From NCBI GenBank assembly GCA_964016885.1, contig OZ024743.1, positions 325,438,001-325,502,000 on the forward strand: DNA of 64,000 bases, given 5' to 3'. This document shows, in pieces, positions 38,335-50,511 of this stretch. The first letter of the stretch is position 1; each line of letters starts with the position of its first letter. The translations under genes were made by a program, and so were the position numbers. This stretch comes from Eledone cirrhosa. Its lineage: Eukaryota. The notes under the pieces were generated by a model. It was not told the origin of the DNA. It saw nothing but the letters and a program-made list of their open reading frames with translations, and made no database searches.

Positions 38335-38698
38335 GTGTGTATGTATGTATGTATGTATGTGTCTCTAACTATATATGTATCATATATATATATGTATGCA
38401 TGTATATCTAACTATATCACTGCGGTTTCAATTTAGACCTATTATTATCATTATTATATATATATAAAATAAAGTACCAGTCACACACTGGGGTTGACTT
38501 ACCCCTCCCCAAAATTGCTGGCCTCATGCCTAAATCTGAAACCATCATATATATATATATATTTCTTCTGAAGAAGGACTCGTGTCTGAAACTTTATGAC
38601 CCTCTTCCTGCTATTTCAAGCATTAAACTAATATATTTCTTCCATGAACTGTGCCGTTTGTTTTATTATTTCTGTTTACCCTTTACACATATATATAT

Positions 38699-39610
38699 AC
38701 TAGCATTAAAGCCCGGCGTTGCTCGGGGTCATTAAGTTACCAAAGTTAGGTTGCACCACCCATTTTATGGCAGCACTTTTTTGTCTGCCAGGCACTGGGT
38801 GAATGAATTGCAGACCCGGAAGCATGAGCTGCGCCAGCAGTGACAATTGTAGTTTCGCCTATGGATATTATCTCTGCGCAAAAAAGTGTTGAAATTTATT
38901 GTTTCACAGTACTTGCGCAACACGCGCGTAGACACGATGCCAGCCGAACAACAGAGCTGCGATGGAGTTGTTCTGCATGGTTGTCTGTGTGTTTTCTAAA
39001 TTTAAGACAGTAGGGAGGGTTGTGATATGAGGGAGAGTTAGCTGTTGTTTCTAGGAGGTTTAGTGACCTCATAGAAGATATGTTTTCTAAATTTAAGACA
39101 GTAGGGAGGGGTGTGATATGGGGGAGAGTTAGCTGCTGTTTCTAGCAGGTTTAGTAACCTCATAGAGGATATGTGTTTTCTAAATTTAAGACAGTAGGGA
39201 GTGGTGTGGGGAGGGGTGTGATATGGGGGAGAGTTAGCTGCTGTTTCTAGCAGGTTTAGTAACCTCATAGAGGATATGTGTTTTCTAAATTTAAGACAGT
39301 AGGGAGTGGTTTGAACGGACAGTATCACCATCAAGCTTGGAAAGAGAAAGTAGCAGAAAGTATGAAGTTGTATAGATTTTGAATGGTAGTAGAAAGAGTT
39401 CAGCAGTTTAAATGAGAAAGAAAAATCGTAAAATATTGAGTTTTATCTATTTTTTGCGTAATTGTGGGTGAAATTGAAAAAATTATCTGCGTCAAGACGC
39501 AATCGAAACTATTTCGAATACTGAATTGTAAATTTCAATTGAAGAAATTCTATATCGTAGATTTCTATAACGAAGGAGCATGACCACACACTGAGCTTTA
39601 TAGATTATGA
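38699..39610 (+). mobile_element. Non-autonomous Helitron/Helentron-like element with internal ~93-106-bp tandem repeats
   Basis: Starts ACTAGCATTAAAGCCCGGCGTTGCTCGGG (5' hairpin) and ends GCTTTATAGATTATGAT; repeats at 38987-39310. Confidence 0.5.
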
Positions 39611-39617
39611 TATATAA

Positions 39618-39807
39618 TAATAATTGTTTCTACTTTTGGCACAAGGCCAGCAATTATCCCAGTGTATTACTGGTACTTTATTTTATCGACCCCGTAAGGA
39701 TGAAAGGCAAAGTTAACCTCGGCGGGATTTGAACTCAGATCATAAAGGACCATAACTCTTTGCTGCAAAGCATGGTATCCGACCCTCTACTGACACTGCC
39801 AATCCAC
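39618..39807 (-). mobile_element. SINE family 1
   Basis: Same sequence family as 17407-17596. Confidence 0.9.
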
Positions 39808-41660
39808 TAATAATAATGAATAATGTAATTATTGTGTACAGTGCTCAGGTGCACTACAGCTCATGAAAAGTGCATGTATAGTACATAGAATAATATACAA
39901 ATGTCAGGGAAGTGAATAGTGTGTGAGTCATGATATACACGTGTGTGTGTCTGGAGGGGGAACATTAAGTGTAGTGTTGGCGAATCTTGGGAAGCATGGA
40001 GGTTTTAAAGGATGCAGAGTCTCGACAGCTAACAACTGATGCAGGTAGTTTGTTCCATGGAGGTTTTAAAGGATGCAGTGTCTTGGCAGCTAACAACTGA
40101 TGCAGGTAGTTTGTTCCATGGAGGTTTTAAAGGATGCAGTGTCTCGACAGCTAACAACTGATGCAGGTAGTTTGCTCCATGGAGGTTTTAAAGGATGCAG
40201 TGTCTCGACAGCTAACAACTGATGCAGGTAGTTTGTTCTATGCTTCAGCAACTCTGAGTGTGAAAAAATGTTTCCGAAAGTCATGGGAGCTGTGCTGTTT
40301 TCTGACTTTGTAAGCATGCCCACGTGTGTTAGATACATGGAAGTCAAAAAGGTACTCATGGTTGTTGTTGGCAAGATGGTTAATAATTTTGTGGGTGTTT
40401 ACCAAGTCAGTTGCCAGACGTCGGAGCTTCAATGTATCCATGCCCAGGGAAGCAAGGCATTCAGAGTATGGTAGATGCCTGATGGAGGGTATTTGCTTAG
40501 TTTCCAGGAGATCAATGTTCTGAGCAAGATAGGGGTTCCAGACTAATGATACAAATTCTAAGTGTGGCCGCACCTTAGCTATATACAGCTTTAAATATAT
40601 AGTTGGAGAGCAGCTGACAAAGGTCTTGCTGAGTGATGCTAAGACACCCTCAGCCTTCTTGACAATTTTAGAGACATGCTTCGTCCAATAAAAATCTCTG
40701 CTGACAGTAATGCCCAGGTCACGTTCACAAGAAGACTTCTTGATATTAGTGTTGTGGAGGGAGTATGTGGACGCTAGGTTTTTACTCCTAAAATGCATGG
40801 TGGTACACTTGTCCACAGCCAGCTTGAGTTGCGAGTCCATGATCCATTGTTGCATTGTGTCCAGGTCAGATTGCAGGCAAGATCTATAGTGTTCAGGATC
40901 GGTCCTTTTCATCTCAAGGTACAGCTTGGTGTCATCTGCATATTTCAGTACTGTGACATTCTTTTAGTTGGCATCTATGTCATTAATATATGCCACAAAC
41001 AAAAAGGAGCCAAGAACAGATCCCTGTGGTACACCAGATGACATCTCATACGGTGAGGAATGCTGTCCTAGAACCGTGAATACCTCTCTTTGACTGAGAA
41101 TGAAGGACTTCAACAAGTTAAAAAGATCATCCTTCACACCCATTGCAGTGAGTTTTGCCATAAGTCTTTTGTGTGGCTCAGGATTGAAAGCTTTAGCAAA
41201 GTCAAGGTAAACAACATCCACCCATGAGCCGCCATCAGTGATCCGGGTGATGTCTTCAAGAAACTCGATAAGCTGATCATAGTAGCTGGAGCTAGGGATA
41301 AATCCAAAGGTTTCCTAGTAAATCTCAGGGTGATTGAAGTCCCCTGCAATAAAATCATAAGTGGCTGTTTTCCTGGCAGCAGCTCTGAGGATATCACAAA
41401 GTTGAGTGTCCTGATGGTAATTTGGGGGACGGTAAATGACTCCAAGTAACAGGGTTGACATGGTCATACGTATGTCACAGAAAAATACTTCTTGCTGCAA
41501 TTGGTTCAAATCAACACAAGGAATTGCTGAAAAATTTGACTGAATGTAGACCATTACACCACCACCATGATGATTAATGCGGTCTTTACGAAACAAGTTG
41601 TAGCCAGTTATGCTGAAAACCCCATCACAGAGTAAGGAATGTGCCCATGTTTTTGTGATT
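39808..41660 (-). mobile_element. CR1-clade LINE with an internal deletion between EN and RT
   Basis: RKDR..GGGV, YRPP, GDFN; DVVYLDFAKAF, GVPQGSVLG, YADD, RDLG; 61-bp x4 duplication at 39995-40238. Confidence 0.93.
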
Positions 41661-42894
41661 TCTATCTTTCTATTTCTTTAATTTCTCATTCTATTTTCTG
41701 ATGAAGAACTAGCATTCGCAACATTAAAACTCTTTTCCTATTATATCAAGCATAAAAGTAATATATGTCTTCAGTGTACTGTCATTTGCTCTGTTATTTC
41801 TGCTATTTACCATTTGCATATATATATATATATATATGCTAGCGTGGAAGATGGACGTTAAACGAAGATGATGATGATGATGATGATGATCATCATCATC
41901 ATCATCATCACCGTTTTACGTCCGTTCTTCCACGCTAGCATGGGTTAGACAGGTTGTCCTGTTGTGGGCAGAATCCTGTCGGCTGACTTTGGCTTGCTCA
42001 TACGGGAACTGATTCTGGTTTGATTTCTACAGCTGGATGCCCTTCCTAACACCAACCTCATTTACAGTGAGTGCTGGCGATTTTTTTTTCCGTGCGCATA
42101 CACGTCCACTTTACAGTGTGGGCTGTGTGCTTTTTTGCCGTGGCACCTCCACGACCACTTTGCAGTGGAATGATAGGGACCCCAGTCCTATCATCTCATT
42201 TCTACAGCAGAGTAAACTGGAGCAATGTGAAATAAAGTGTCTTGCTCAAGGAAACAACACATCACCCGGTCCGAGAATTGAACTCACAACCTTTCGATTG
42301 CAAGCCAATGCTCAAACCACTAAGCCATGCCTGTGTGTATGTAAATATATATTAAAAGATTAAAAATCTTATTAGTTTCATGCTTGTTGCAAAAGGAAAA
42401 TGAATGTCTCAACGTATCGGACGTTAGTCCTTTATCAAGACGAGTAAAGATATGAGAAAAAGAAGGGTGAAAGGTGAAAGTAATAAAAACAAGTGTGTTT
42501 CTCAAGATGGGTGGGTGAGATGGGCAGGTAAGTAGTCTGGTGTAATGTAGGGTGGTATGTCAAGGTGATGAGAGATTATCTGGATCTAACATTGGTACTG
42601 ATATACTTATGTGGTTGAGGTGCATTTTATGAATGGGCATTTTGTTGCATTTTTTGTTTGTATGTGTTAACATGTGTGTGTATATGTTTATCTTTACATG
42701 TGACTGTTTACATGTGTGTGTTTACAGGTGTGTATGTGTTTACATGTGTGTGTGTGTTAATGTGTGTGTGTTTAAATGTGTGTGTTTACATGTGAGTGTG
42801 TTAACATATGTGTATATGTTAACATGTGTGTGTGTGTTAACATGTGTGTGTGTACATGTTTGTTTACATGTGTGTGTGCATACATGTGTGTTTA

Positions 42895-44208
42895 CATGGA
42901 AGCATGACCTAGAATCAAAAGGCCTTAAAATTAACTTGTCTAAGACTAAAGTTCTAGTTTGTAGAAAGGAAAATAGGGCACAGGTGCCCCCAGGGAAATG
43001 GCCATGCTCAGTGTGTAGGAAAGGAGTAGGTAGAAATTCCATTTTATGTCTCAAATGCAAACTATGGGTACATAAAAGATGGAGTGGGATCACAGGTAAA
43101 CCATCTAAGAACGTAGATTTTATATGTGGCCGGTGCTCAGATGCAATAAGTAGCAAGTGCCCAAAGGATACTAGCTCCTTATATTGCCCAGATGGTTCTA
43201 TAGAAATAGTGGACACTTTCCATTACCTGGGTGACAAAATCAGCAGTGGTGGAGGGTGTTCTGAAAGTACAGTAGCCAGAGTCAGAACGGGATGGAAAAA
43301 GTTCAGAGAGCTTATACCGCTGTTAGCCACAAAAGGTTTCCCTCTAAAAAGGAAAGGTAGATTGTATGATGCTTGTATAGGAACAGCAATGCTACATGGC
43401 AGTGAGACATGAGCGTTGTGTGCAGAGGACCTGCGCAGACTGGAGAGGAACGAAGCCTGCATGCTCCGTTGAATGTGTAATAGTAATATACGTGAACGGC
43501 AAAGCATAAATGAACTAAGTGAGAAATTAGGAATAAGAGGGATCAGATGCTGTTTACTTGAGAGAAGACTACATTGGTATGGTCACGTGATGCGCATGAA
43601 AGACGACAGCTGTATAAAAAAGTGCAGGGCGATCAAAATTGATGGAAGTTACGGAGTAGGTAGACCCAGAAAAACCTGGGACGATTTGATAAATTCCGAC
43701 CGTACACACTTGCACCTCTCTAAGACAATGTCACTGGACTGAGATCTATGGCATCACGCAGTAATAAAGAAGACCCACCTTGGCTATGTACAAAGCGAAA
43801 CCTACGGTCAGTAGGCACCTCTTAACCAAATACACACCCCAATCCACTACCCCTACCCTATCCTCCCACTCCCACCAACACCACCCTCTTTCTGTAAAGT
43901 TGGTACCACAACATCCAGTCCAAATAAATGAGATTGAGATCGAGATCGTGTAGGTGTCACGAGAAAAAAACACACAGACCACGCTGTAATGTGGCCGTGT
44001 AGTTAACACGGTAAAAAGTTCCCAGTTCCACACTGTAAATGTGGTTGGTGTTAGGAAGGGCATCCAGCCGTGGAAAACCTGCCAGACAGTCCTACACGAG
44101 CGAGACACGGTCACCCGACCATCCTTGCCTCAAATTGAGACAACTCCTGTCTAACCCATGCTAGCGTGGAAGATGGACCTTAAATGATGATGATGATGAT
44201 GATGATGA
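42895..44208 (+). mobile_element. RTE subfamily B, 5'-truncated, including the PHD region
   Basis: GLKINLSKTKVL-KWPCSVC..CLKC..H...CGRC-YLGD, then 3' UTR and (GAT)n. Confidence 0.95.
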
Positions 44209-44250
44209 TATATATATGTGTGTGTGTTGGTGTGTGTAGATAGATAGATA

Positions 44251-45243
44251 TGTTTCTTTATTAGCCACAGGGGCACAAAAGAAGGGGACAAATACAAAGG
44301 GGGAAGTTTACATACAATAAAAACGTGTAAAATGTTATCACAAATGCAATTTAAAAAGTTAGTCGATTTTCCCCAATAGGGGGAGACAGTTTATATGGGT
44401 AACACATACCCCCGAAAAAATGTGCAACCCTCATCTCCAGGAGTACGAAGAGTTTGTACTCCTTTCCTCTCCTCCTCCTTTTCCTCAACCTACAGGCTGA
44501 TATAGAGAGAAGGCCCATCCACTCGGGCCATTCTCGCCACTTTCACCCACCTTTCATAAAACTTGCTGGGGTACAGCACCTCTCTCTCCATCCTGATTCT
44601 TCTTCCAAAGTGGTATTTGAAAAAAAGAATCAGTTGTTGGCCGGAGAGAAAGGTGTCTGACCTCAGCCCTTTCAACCTTGTCCACCATACAACCTCTTTC
44701 GCCATAGCTATCACACAAAGGAAAACCGCCTCTCCTTCATTTTTGAAGGAGGGTGGCGGTTTGATCATGACAATGGACTCGGTGGTCAACCGGATTGGTC
44801 CCACCCGCGACAATAGTCATTCTACATAGCCCCACGGGTCAGTGATGCTCGGGCAGTGTATGAATGCGTGCGCGATGGTTTCTTCGTCTCGCACGCACCT
44901 CGGACAGATCCTTTTTGCAGGGTCTCTGCCCGGGCGCCCATGTCTGTAGAGCTTGTCTCGAACTGGTAGAGCTCCTCGGTAGCACTGCCAGGCCAGGGAC
45001 TTTTGGAAGTTGTCCATCGGTCCCGGGTGGAAGGTCCTACCGAACAGACTGGCCAGTTCATCTTCCTCTACGCCTAGAGTTTCACCGAGCGCGTCGTCGC
45101 ACTTGCTGCAGATCAACCCTCTATAGAATAACAAAGTGGAGTCTCCACTGATCGCCGGGTCCGCCTGCCAGAGGGCTGTGAGCGCCTGAGCACATTCGAT
45201 GTGCCAGTCGCCCATTTTCCTCGGTCTTTGCTTGACCCAGGAC
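44251..45243 (-). mobile_element. Tx1/L1 3' 1-kb fragment in tandem with the next copy
   Basis: Near-identical to 45258-46252; (TAGA)n on both sides. Confidence 0.93.
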
Positions 45244-45257
45244 TAGATAGATAGATA

Positions 45258-48200
45258 TATTTCTTTATTAGCCACAGGGGCACAAAAGAAGGGGACAAAT
45301 ACAAAGGGGGAAGTTTACATACAATAAAAACGTGTAAAATGTTATCACAGATGGAATTTAAAAGTTAGTCGATTTTCCCCAATAGAGGGAGACGGTTTAT
45401 ATGGGTAACACATACCCCCGAAAAAAAATGTGCAACCCTCATCTCCAGGAGTACGAAGAGCTTGTACTCCTTTCCTCTCCTCCTCCTTTTCCTCAACCTA
45501 CAGGCTGATATAGAGAGAAGGCCCATTCACTCGGGCCATTCTCGCCACTTTCACCCACCTTTCATAAAACTTGCTGGGGTACAGCACCTCTCTCTCCATC
45601 CTGATTCTTCTTCCAAAGTGGTATTTGAAAAAAAGAATCAGTTGTTGGCCGGAGAGAAAGGTGTCTGACCTCAGCCCTTTCAACCTTGTCCACCATACAA
45701 CCTCTTTCGCCATAGCTATCACACAAAGGAAAACCGCCTCTCCTTCGTTTTTGAAGGAGGGTGGCGGTTTGATCATGACAATGGACTCGGTGGTCAACTG
45801 GATTGGTCCCACCCGCGACAATAGTCGTTCTACATAGCCCCACAGGTCAGTGACGCCCGGGCAGTGTATGAATGCGTGCGCGACGGTTTCTTCGTCTCGC
45901 ACGCACCTCGGACAGATCTTTTTTGCAGGGTCCCTGCCCGGGCGCCCATGTCTGTAGAGCTTGTCTCGAACTGGTAGAGCTCCTCGGTAGCACTGCCAGG
46001 CCAGGGACTTTTGGAAGTTGTCCATCGGTCCCGGGCGGAAGGTCCTACCGAACAGACTGGCCAGTTCATCTTCCTCTACGCCTAGAGTTTCACCGAGCGC
46101 GTCGTCGCACTTGCTGCGGACCAACCCTCTATAGAATGACGAAGTGGAGTCTCCACTGATCTCCGGGTCCGCCTGCCAGAGGGCTGTGAGCGCCTGAGCA
46201 CATTCGATGTGCCAGTCGCCCATTTTCCTCGGTCTCTGCTTGACCCAGGACTGCAGCTCGGTCAGCGAGACGAGTCGTGGGAAGGCTCGCCTCACGAACG
46301 GGGCCCACACCGGTTGTCCGGTGAGGAATACGTAGAGATGCCGCAGCCTGAGCGCGTGTTTGCGCATCGTCAACCACGGCATCCCCAGCCCTCCGTTAGA
46401 AGGGTGTTGGCAGCAGATGGATCTTCTCACCAAAGGAGCCCGCCTCTTCCAAAGGAATCGGAAGAGCGCGCGCTCCATTTTGGCGAGCGTTTTGGCTGGA
46501 CAAGGCACGACGGTCAAGCGGTAGTAGATGGCGGACGCTATAAAAGTGTTCGCCACCTCCGCTCGACCTTTCAAGGATAGTTTGCACTCGGCCCACTTCT
46601 GGGTGAGTGCAAACACCTTGGCCGTCACTTCGTTCCAGTTCTTCTCCACCTGGAGGTCCGGACCAAACCAGACCCCGAGCAGCTTTACTGGTCCTTCCGT
46701 CCAGCGTCTGACGACGCCATCAGAAGGCATCGGTCTGCCTCTCCACGATCCGAGTTGCAAACCGATGGACTTGTCCCGGTTCAGCTTCGCTCCTGTGAGA
46801 CTTTCGTATTCCTTCAGTAAGGTGCCGACTTCCTCGATTTGCGAGGCGCTCGACACCATTACTGTCACGTCGTCGGCGTAGGCCGACGCCGCTTTCCGCA
46901 GTCCCGGTTCCAGAGGGATGCCCTGCAATAGCTCCAGCTTCCGCAGTAGTGGCTCGAGAGTCAGTACATACAGAAGGGAGGAGAGAGGGCATCCCTGTCG
47001 AATGGATCGCGTAATATGGAACGGCTCCAAGAGGTAACCGTTCACCTTGACCCTTGAGCAGATGTTGCTGTTGTGCATTGCAGCAATCCAGCCCCTGAAC
47101 ACGGGTCCGAAGCCTGCCGCCTCGAGCACCGCATCCAGGTAACGATGGTCAACCCTATCGAAAGCCTTAGACTGGTCCAAGTTGACCAGGGCCCCACCGA
47201 AGTCGGGTTTACACCCTACCCTCTCTATGATGTATCGCATGAGGTGGAGTTGTCGTGTATGGACCTGGTCGGGATTGCGCATGTCTGCGCTTCTCCCACC
47301 AGGTTCTCGACGACAAGCGCCAGCCTCTTTGCCAACACCTTGGCCAAAATCTGTAACTCTGTGTTTAGCAGAGTTATGGGCCGGAAGTTGCCTATGTCAT
47401 CCCCCTTATTCTCGTCCTTCCTGATTAGTGTGACCATGACCCGGTTACAGAACTGGGAATTCTCCCGTTCTGTTGCCAGTTGCAGTAGACCGCTTCCAGG
47501 AGACCGGAGAATAAGTCCGGCATTGCTACGTAAAATTCGTAGGGTAGACCGTCGAGAACTGGAGATTTGCGTTTGCCGCATTGGCTCAGCGCGTCCCCTA
47601 TCTCAGTGGCTGAAATCGGCTTTTCGCAGAACTTCGCCTCGCTGTCCGAGAGTCGCGGTAGGCCGTCGAGGTATGGACCGAAATCCATAGCCTCTCCCGG
47701 CGCGCCGCTCCCCCCGAACAGCCGAGCAAAGTGCCGCTGAAAAGCCGCACACATCTGCTTCGGCTCACGTATCACGCGTCCGTTTTGGTCCTTCAAAGAC
47801 CGAATTGTGGGCTTGTTGCCACTTTTTGCCTCCGTCACTCGGGCCCAGCTAACAGCTTTGGCTCCCTCGTTTCCCAGAGCACGTATTTTGCTTCTGACAA
47901 CGCAGCCCTCGTGCTTTGCGTCGAAGAACTGGTCCAAGGCCGTACTCGTTGCTAGCACGCTGGCTACGTTGCCACTTCTAATTGCCTCTTCTACTTTATC
48001 TACCAGTTCCTTCTCGGTTCTATTTCTATCTAACGCTAATTCTTTACCAAAAGCTATCGAGTCTAATCTAACTGCCCTCTTGAGAGAGTACCACCATCTG
48101 TTGTTGACAATGGCCCCTGTCAAGTGCTGTTTAACTAAAGTGCTAATCCGTCTACTGTAGGCTTTGCTTGTCGGTAACGACAAGTTCAGCTTCCAGTAGC

Positions 48201-49820
48201 CGGGTCCTTGTCTATGGGTTCTATCAAGGTTGGCCATGCAGGTCACTAGTTTGTGATCTGATTAGGCAACCATGAACATTTGTGGACAGCTTAACATGTC
48301 CCTATCCTTATTTCTAACTAGAACCCTATCTAGGTACGATCTAGATGTTCCGCTACGATTACTCCACGTCCACAGTGGCGCAGTCGGAAAATCTAGTCGA
48401 TATCTATCGGCCAGGTCAAATCGATCGATTAACTGTTTGAGGCTGTTACACCCCCCTTTATCGGGACATGCTCCCACATAGTCCCAACGTGCATCTAGGA
48501 TTCCATTCCAGTCCCCCACTAAAAGCAAGGAGCGGGACGTTCCCAGAAAAGTCTATACGTTTGAAGAAGTCTGGCCGCGGTGTCCCGGATGGGGCATATG
48601 CGGCCACCAGCCTGAACGCTCCACCTTCACTACCGTCAACGTCTAGGACCACCAGTCGACCCTCCGGGTCCAGATGTACCATCTGTGTTACGAGGCCCAG
48701 GTGTTTCCACAGCAAAACGGCAACTCCGCCCCCACCCCCCGGTTGACAGAGAGATGCGTAGATCTCAAAGTCATCGAAGATGGGGGCCAGCTGTCGCTCG
48801 CCGTGGATCCTGGACTCGCAAATGGCTACCACATCCAAACTGTGCGACCTGAGGTCGTTTAAGAGTTTGCCCTGTTTCCAGGGCATCCCCAGGCCGCGTA
48901 CGTTCACACATCCAACTCTTATATTGGCCATGTTGGTGCTGAAAAGTTAAAAGAGGAAAAGAGATCACTCACCCTTCGCCTCCTGGGGACCAGGCCGCAC
49001 GATTTCCATGGGGGTGTTGGAGGGGTTGTCTGGATGGGTCGTGGTTTCCGGCGGGGTGGGGACGCAGATGTTTGGTGGGGTGGGGTCTGGTGGGATGGGG
49101 TCTGGTGGGATGGGGGTGTCTGGGGTGGGGAGGCATTTGAGAAGGACGCGGTTGAGTGGTTTCACGCAGGAATTCCCCACATCCTTCTCAAATGTTTCTT
49201 TTAGGGACCTATAAGTTTGTATAGGGACCCTAATCAGTTTTAGGTTCAGTTTTTTGCTATTTTTTATAGAGTGGGCGGAAGTTTTCCCTTCGGTTTTCAC
49301 CGAAGGGTCGTTCGTGATGGTCTCCATTAGTGTTTTGTTTTCAGTGTTTATGTAAGTGTAAGTGTAATTTTCTTGTGTTGTGTTTGTTTTTGTCTGTAGT
49401 TCTTGTGTGTGCTTTCGTTTTGTTGTAGGTATTTTGTTTTCAGGAGGTGGGGGTTTTGTTTGTGATGTTTTTGTTGTTTGTGTTGGTGGTTGTATGTTTG
49501 TGGTAGTGTTTGCTGGTTTTTTGCTTTTGTGATGTCTTTTCTTTCTTTTCGAGCGATGGGGTTCTCCCTCATCTTCACTGGGTGATGGCGAGATAGCCTC
49601 ATCTGTTGTATCGTCTGTGTGATTGGGGAGGGGTATGTCTTGGGGAGCTGTTGTGTCTGTATGTGATTTTGCAGTGGTTTTAGGTGGAGTGGGGTTGGGT
49701 GGGACTGTGTTTGTTGTGGTTATTTTTGTGTGTTGGTGTTGTTGTTGTTGTTGTGGTGGTGTTGGTGGTTGTGTTGTTTTGATGGGTGTCGGCAGAAGAG
49801 CCTTTTTTTGGTTCATTAGG
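45258..49820 (-). mobile_element. Tx1/L1-clade LINE, 5'-truncated within ORF1
   Basis: Pro/Thr-rich ORF1 C-terminal part ends at 48965; ORF2 starts at 48931; 3' AATAAA followed by (ATCT)n. Confidence 0.95.
45498..48931 (-). pseudogene. Tx1 ORF2 (APE-RT-CCHC) with several frameshifts
   Basis: NVRGL, GDWN, YLDR, SDH; NFRPITLLN, DQSKAFDRV, RQGCPLS, YADD; CPRC..ET..H...C. Confidence 0.93.
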
Positions 49821-49866
49821 ATAGAGAGGGAAAGACAAATAGGTGGATGGACACACACACACACAC

Positions 49867-49986
<120 letters not shown>

Positions 49987-50473
49987 TGGATAGGTAGATA
50001 GATGGACAGATAAACAGCCAGGCAGAGAGAGAGAGAGACGGGGGGAGGGGAAGCAGGCAGTCAGACAGAGAGAAATAGGCAGACTGACAGTTATATAGCT
50101 AGATAAAGAGATATACTGAGGGATATACCATTTCATGTTAGTATGTCAATGTAAACACCTACCCACGTCCTATTCATTGTTATATTATATTTACACCAAC
50201 CACCAACTTTATTTGTTCGCTGTTATTTATGATTGGAACAACTTCTCTTCTTTTACCCCACTTCTATAGCTTTTAAAGTACTTAAAACATTCAAACATTA
50301 AATGAAGAGCACTCAATACGTATAAGTAGGGTGTAGATATAATTTTATGAGTAGAAAAATGGGAGTAGCTTTGAAGTTTCAGCTTGGTTACTTAGGCTGT
50401 GTCTTGCAGTGGAATCTGGCTTATTTAGAAATCCAAACTGAAATTTCAAAGTCACTGTTATTTTTATAACTCA

Positions 50474-50507
<34 letters not shown>

Positions 50508-50511
<4 letters not shown>

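Noticed and set aside
38565-42440. Hammerhead-like cores at ~38567, 41698 and 42410; also ~11105 and 16640
   Set aside because: Core or stems I/III are too decayed to fold convincingly; at best dead relics
48965-49864. 299-aa Pro/Thr-rich ORF as a host mucin-like gene
   Set aside because: Lies 33 nt upstream of Tx1 ORF2 on the same strand, so it is the truncated ORF1; its N-terminus is flanking repeat
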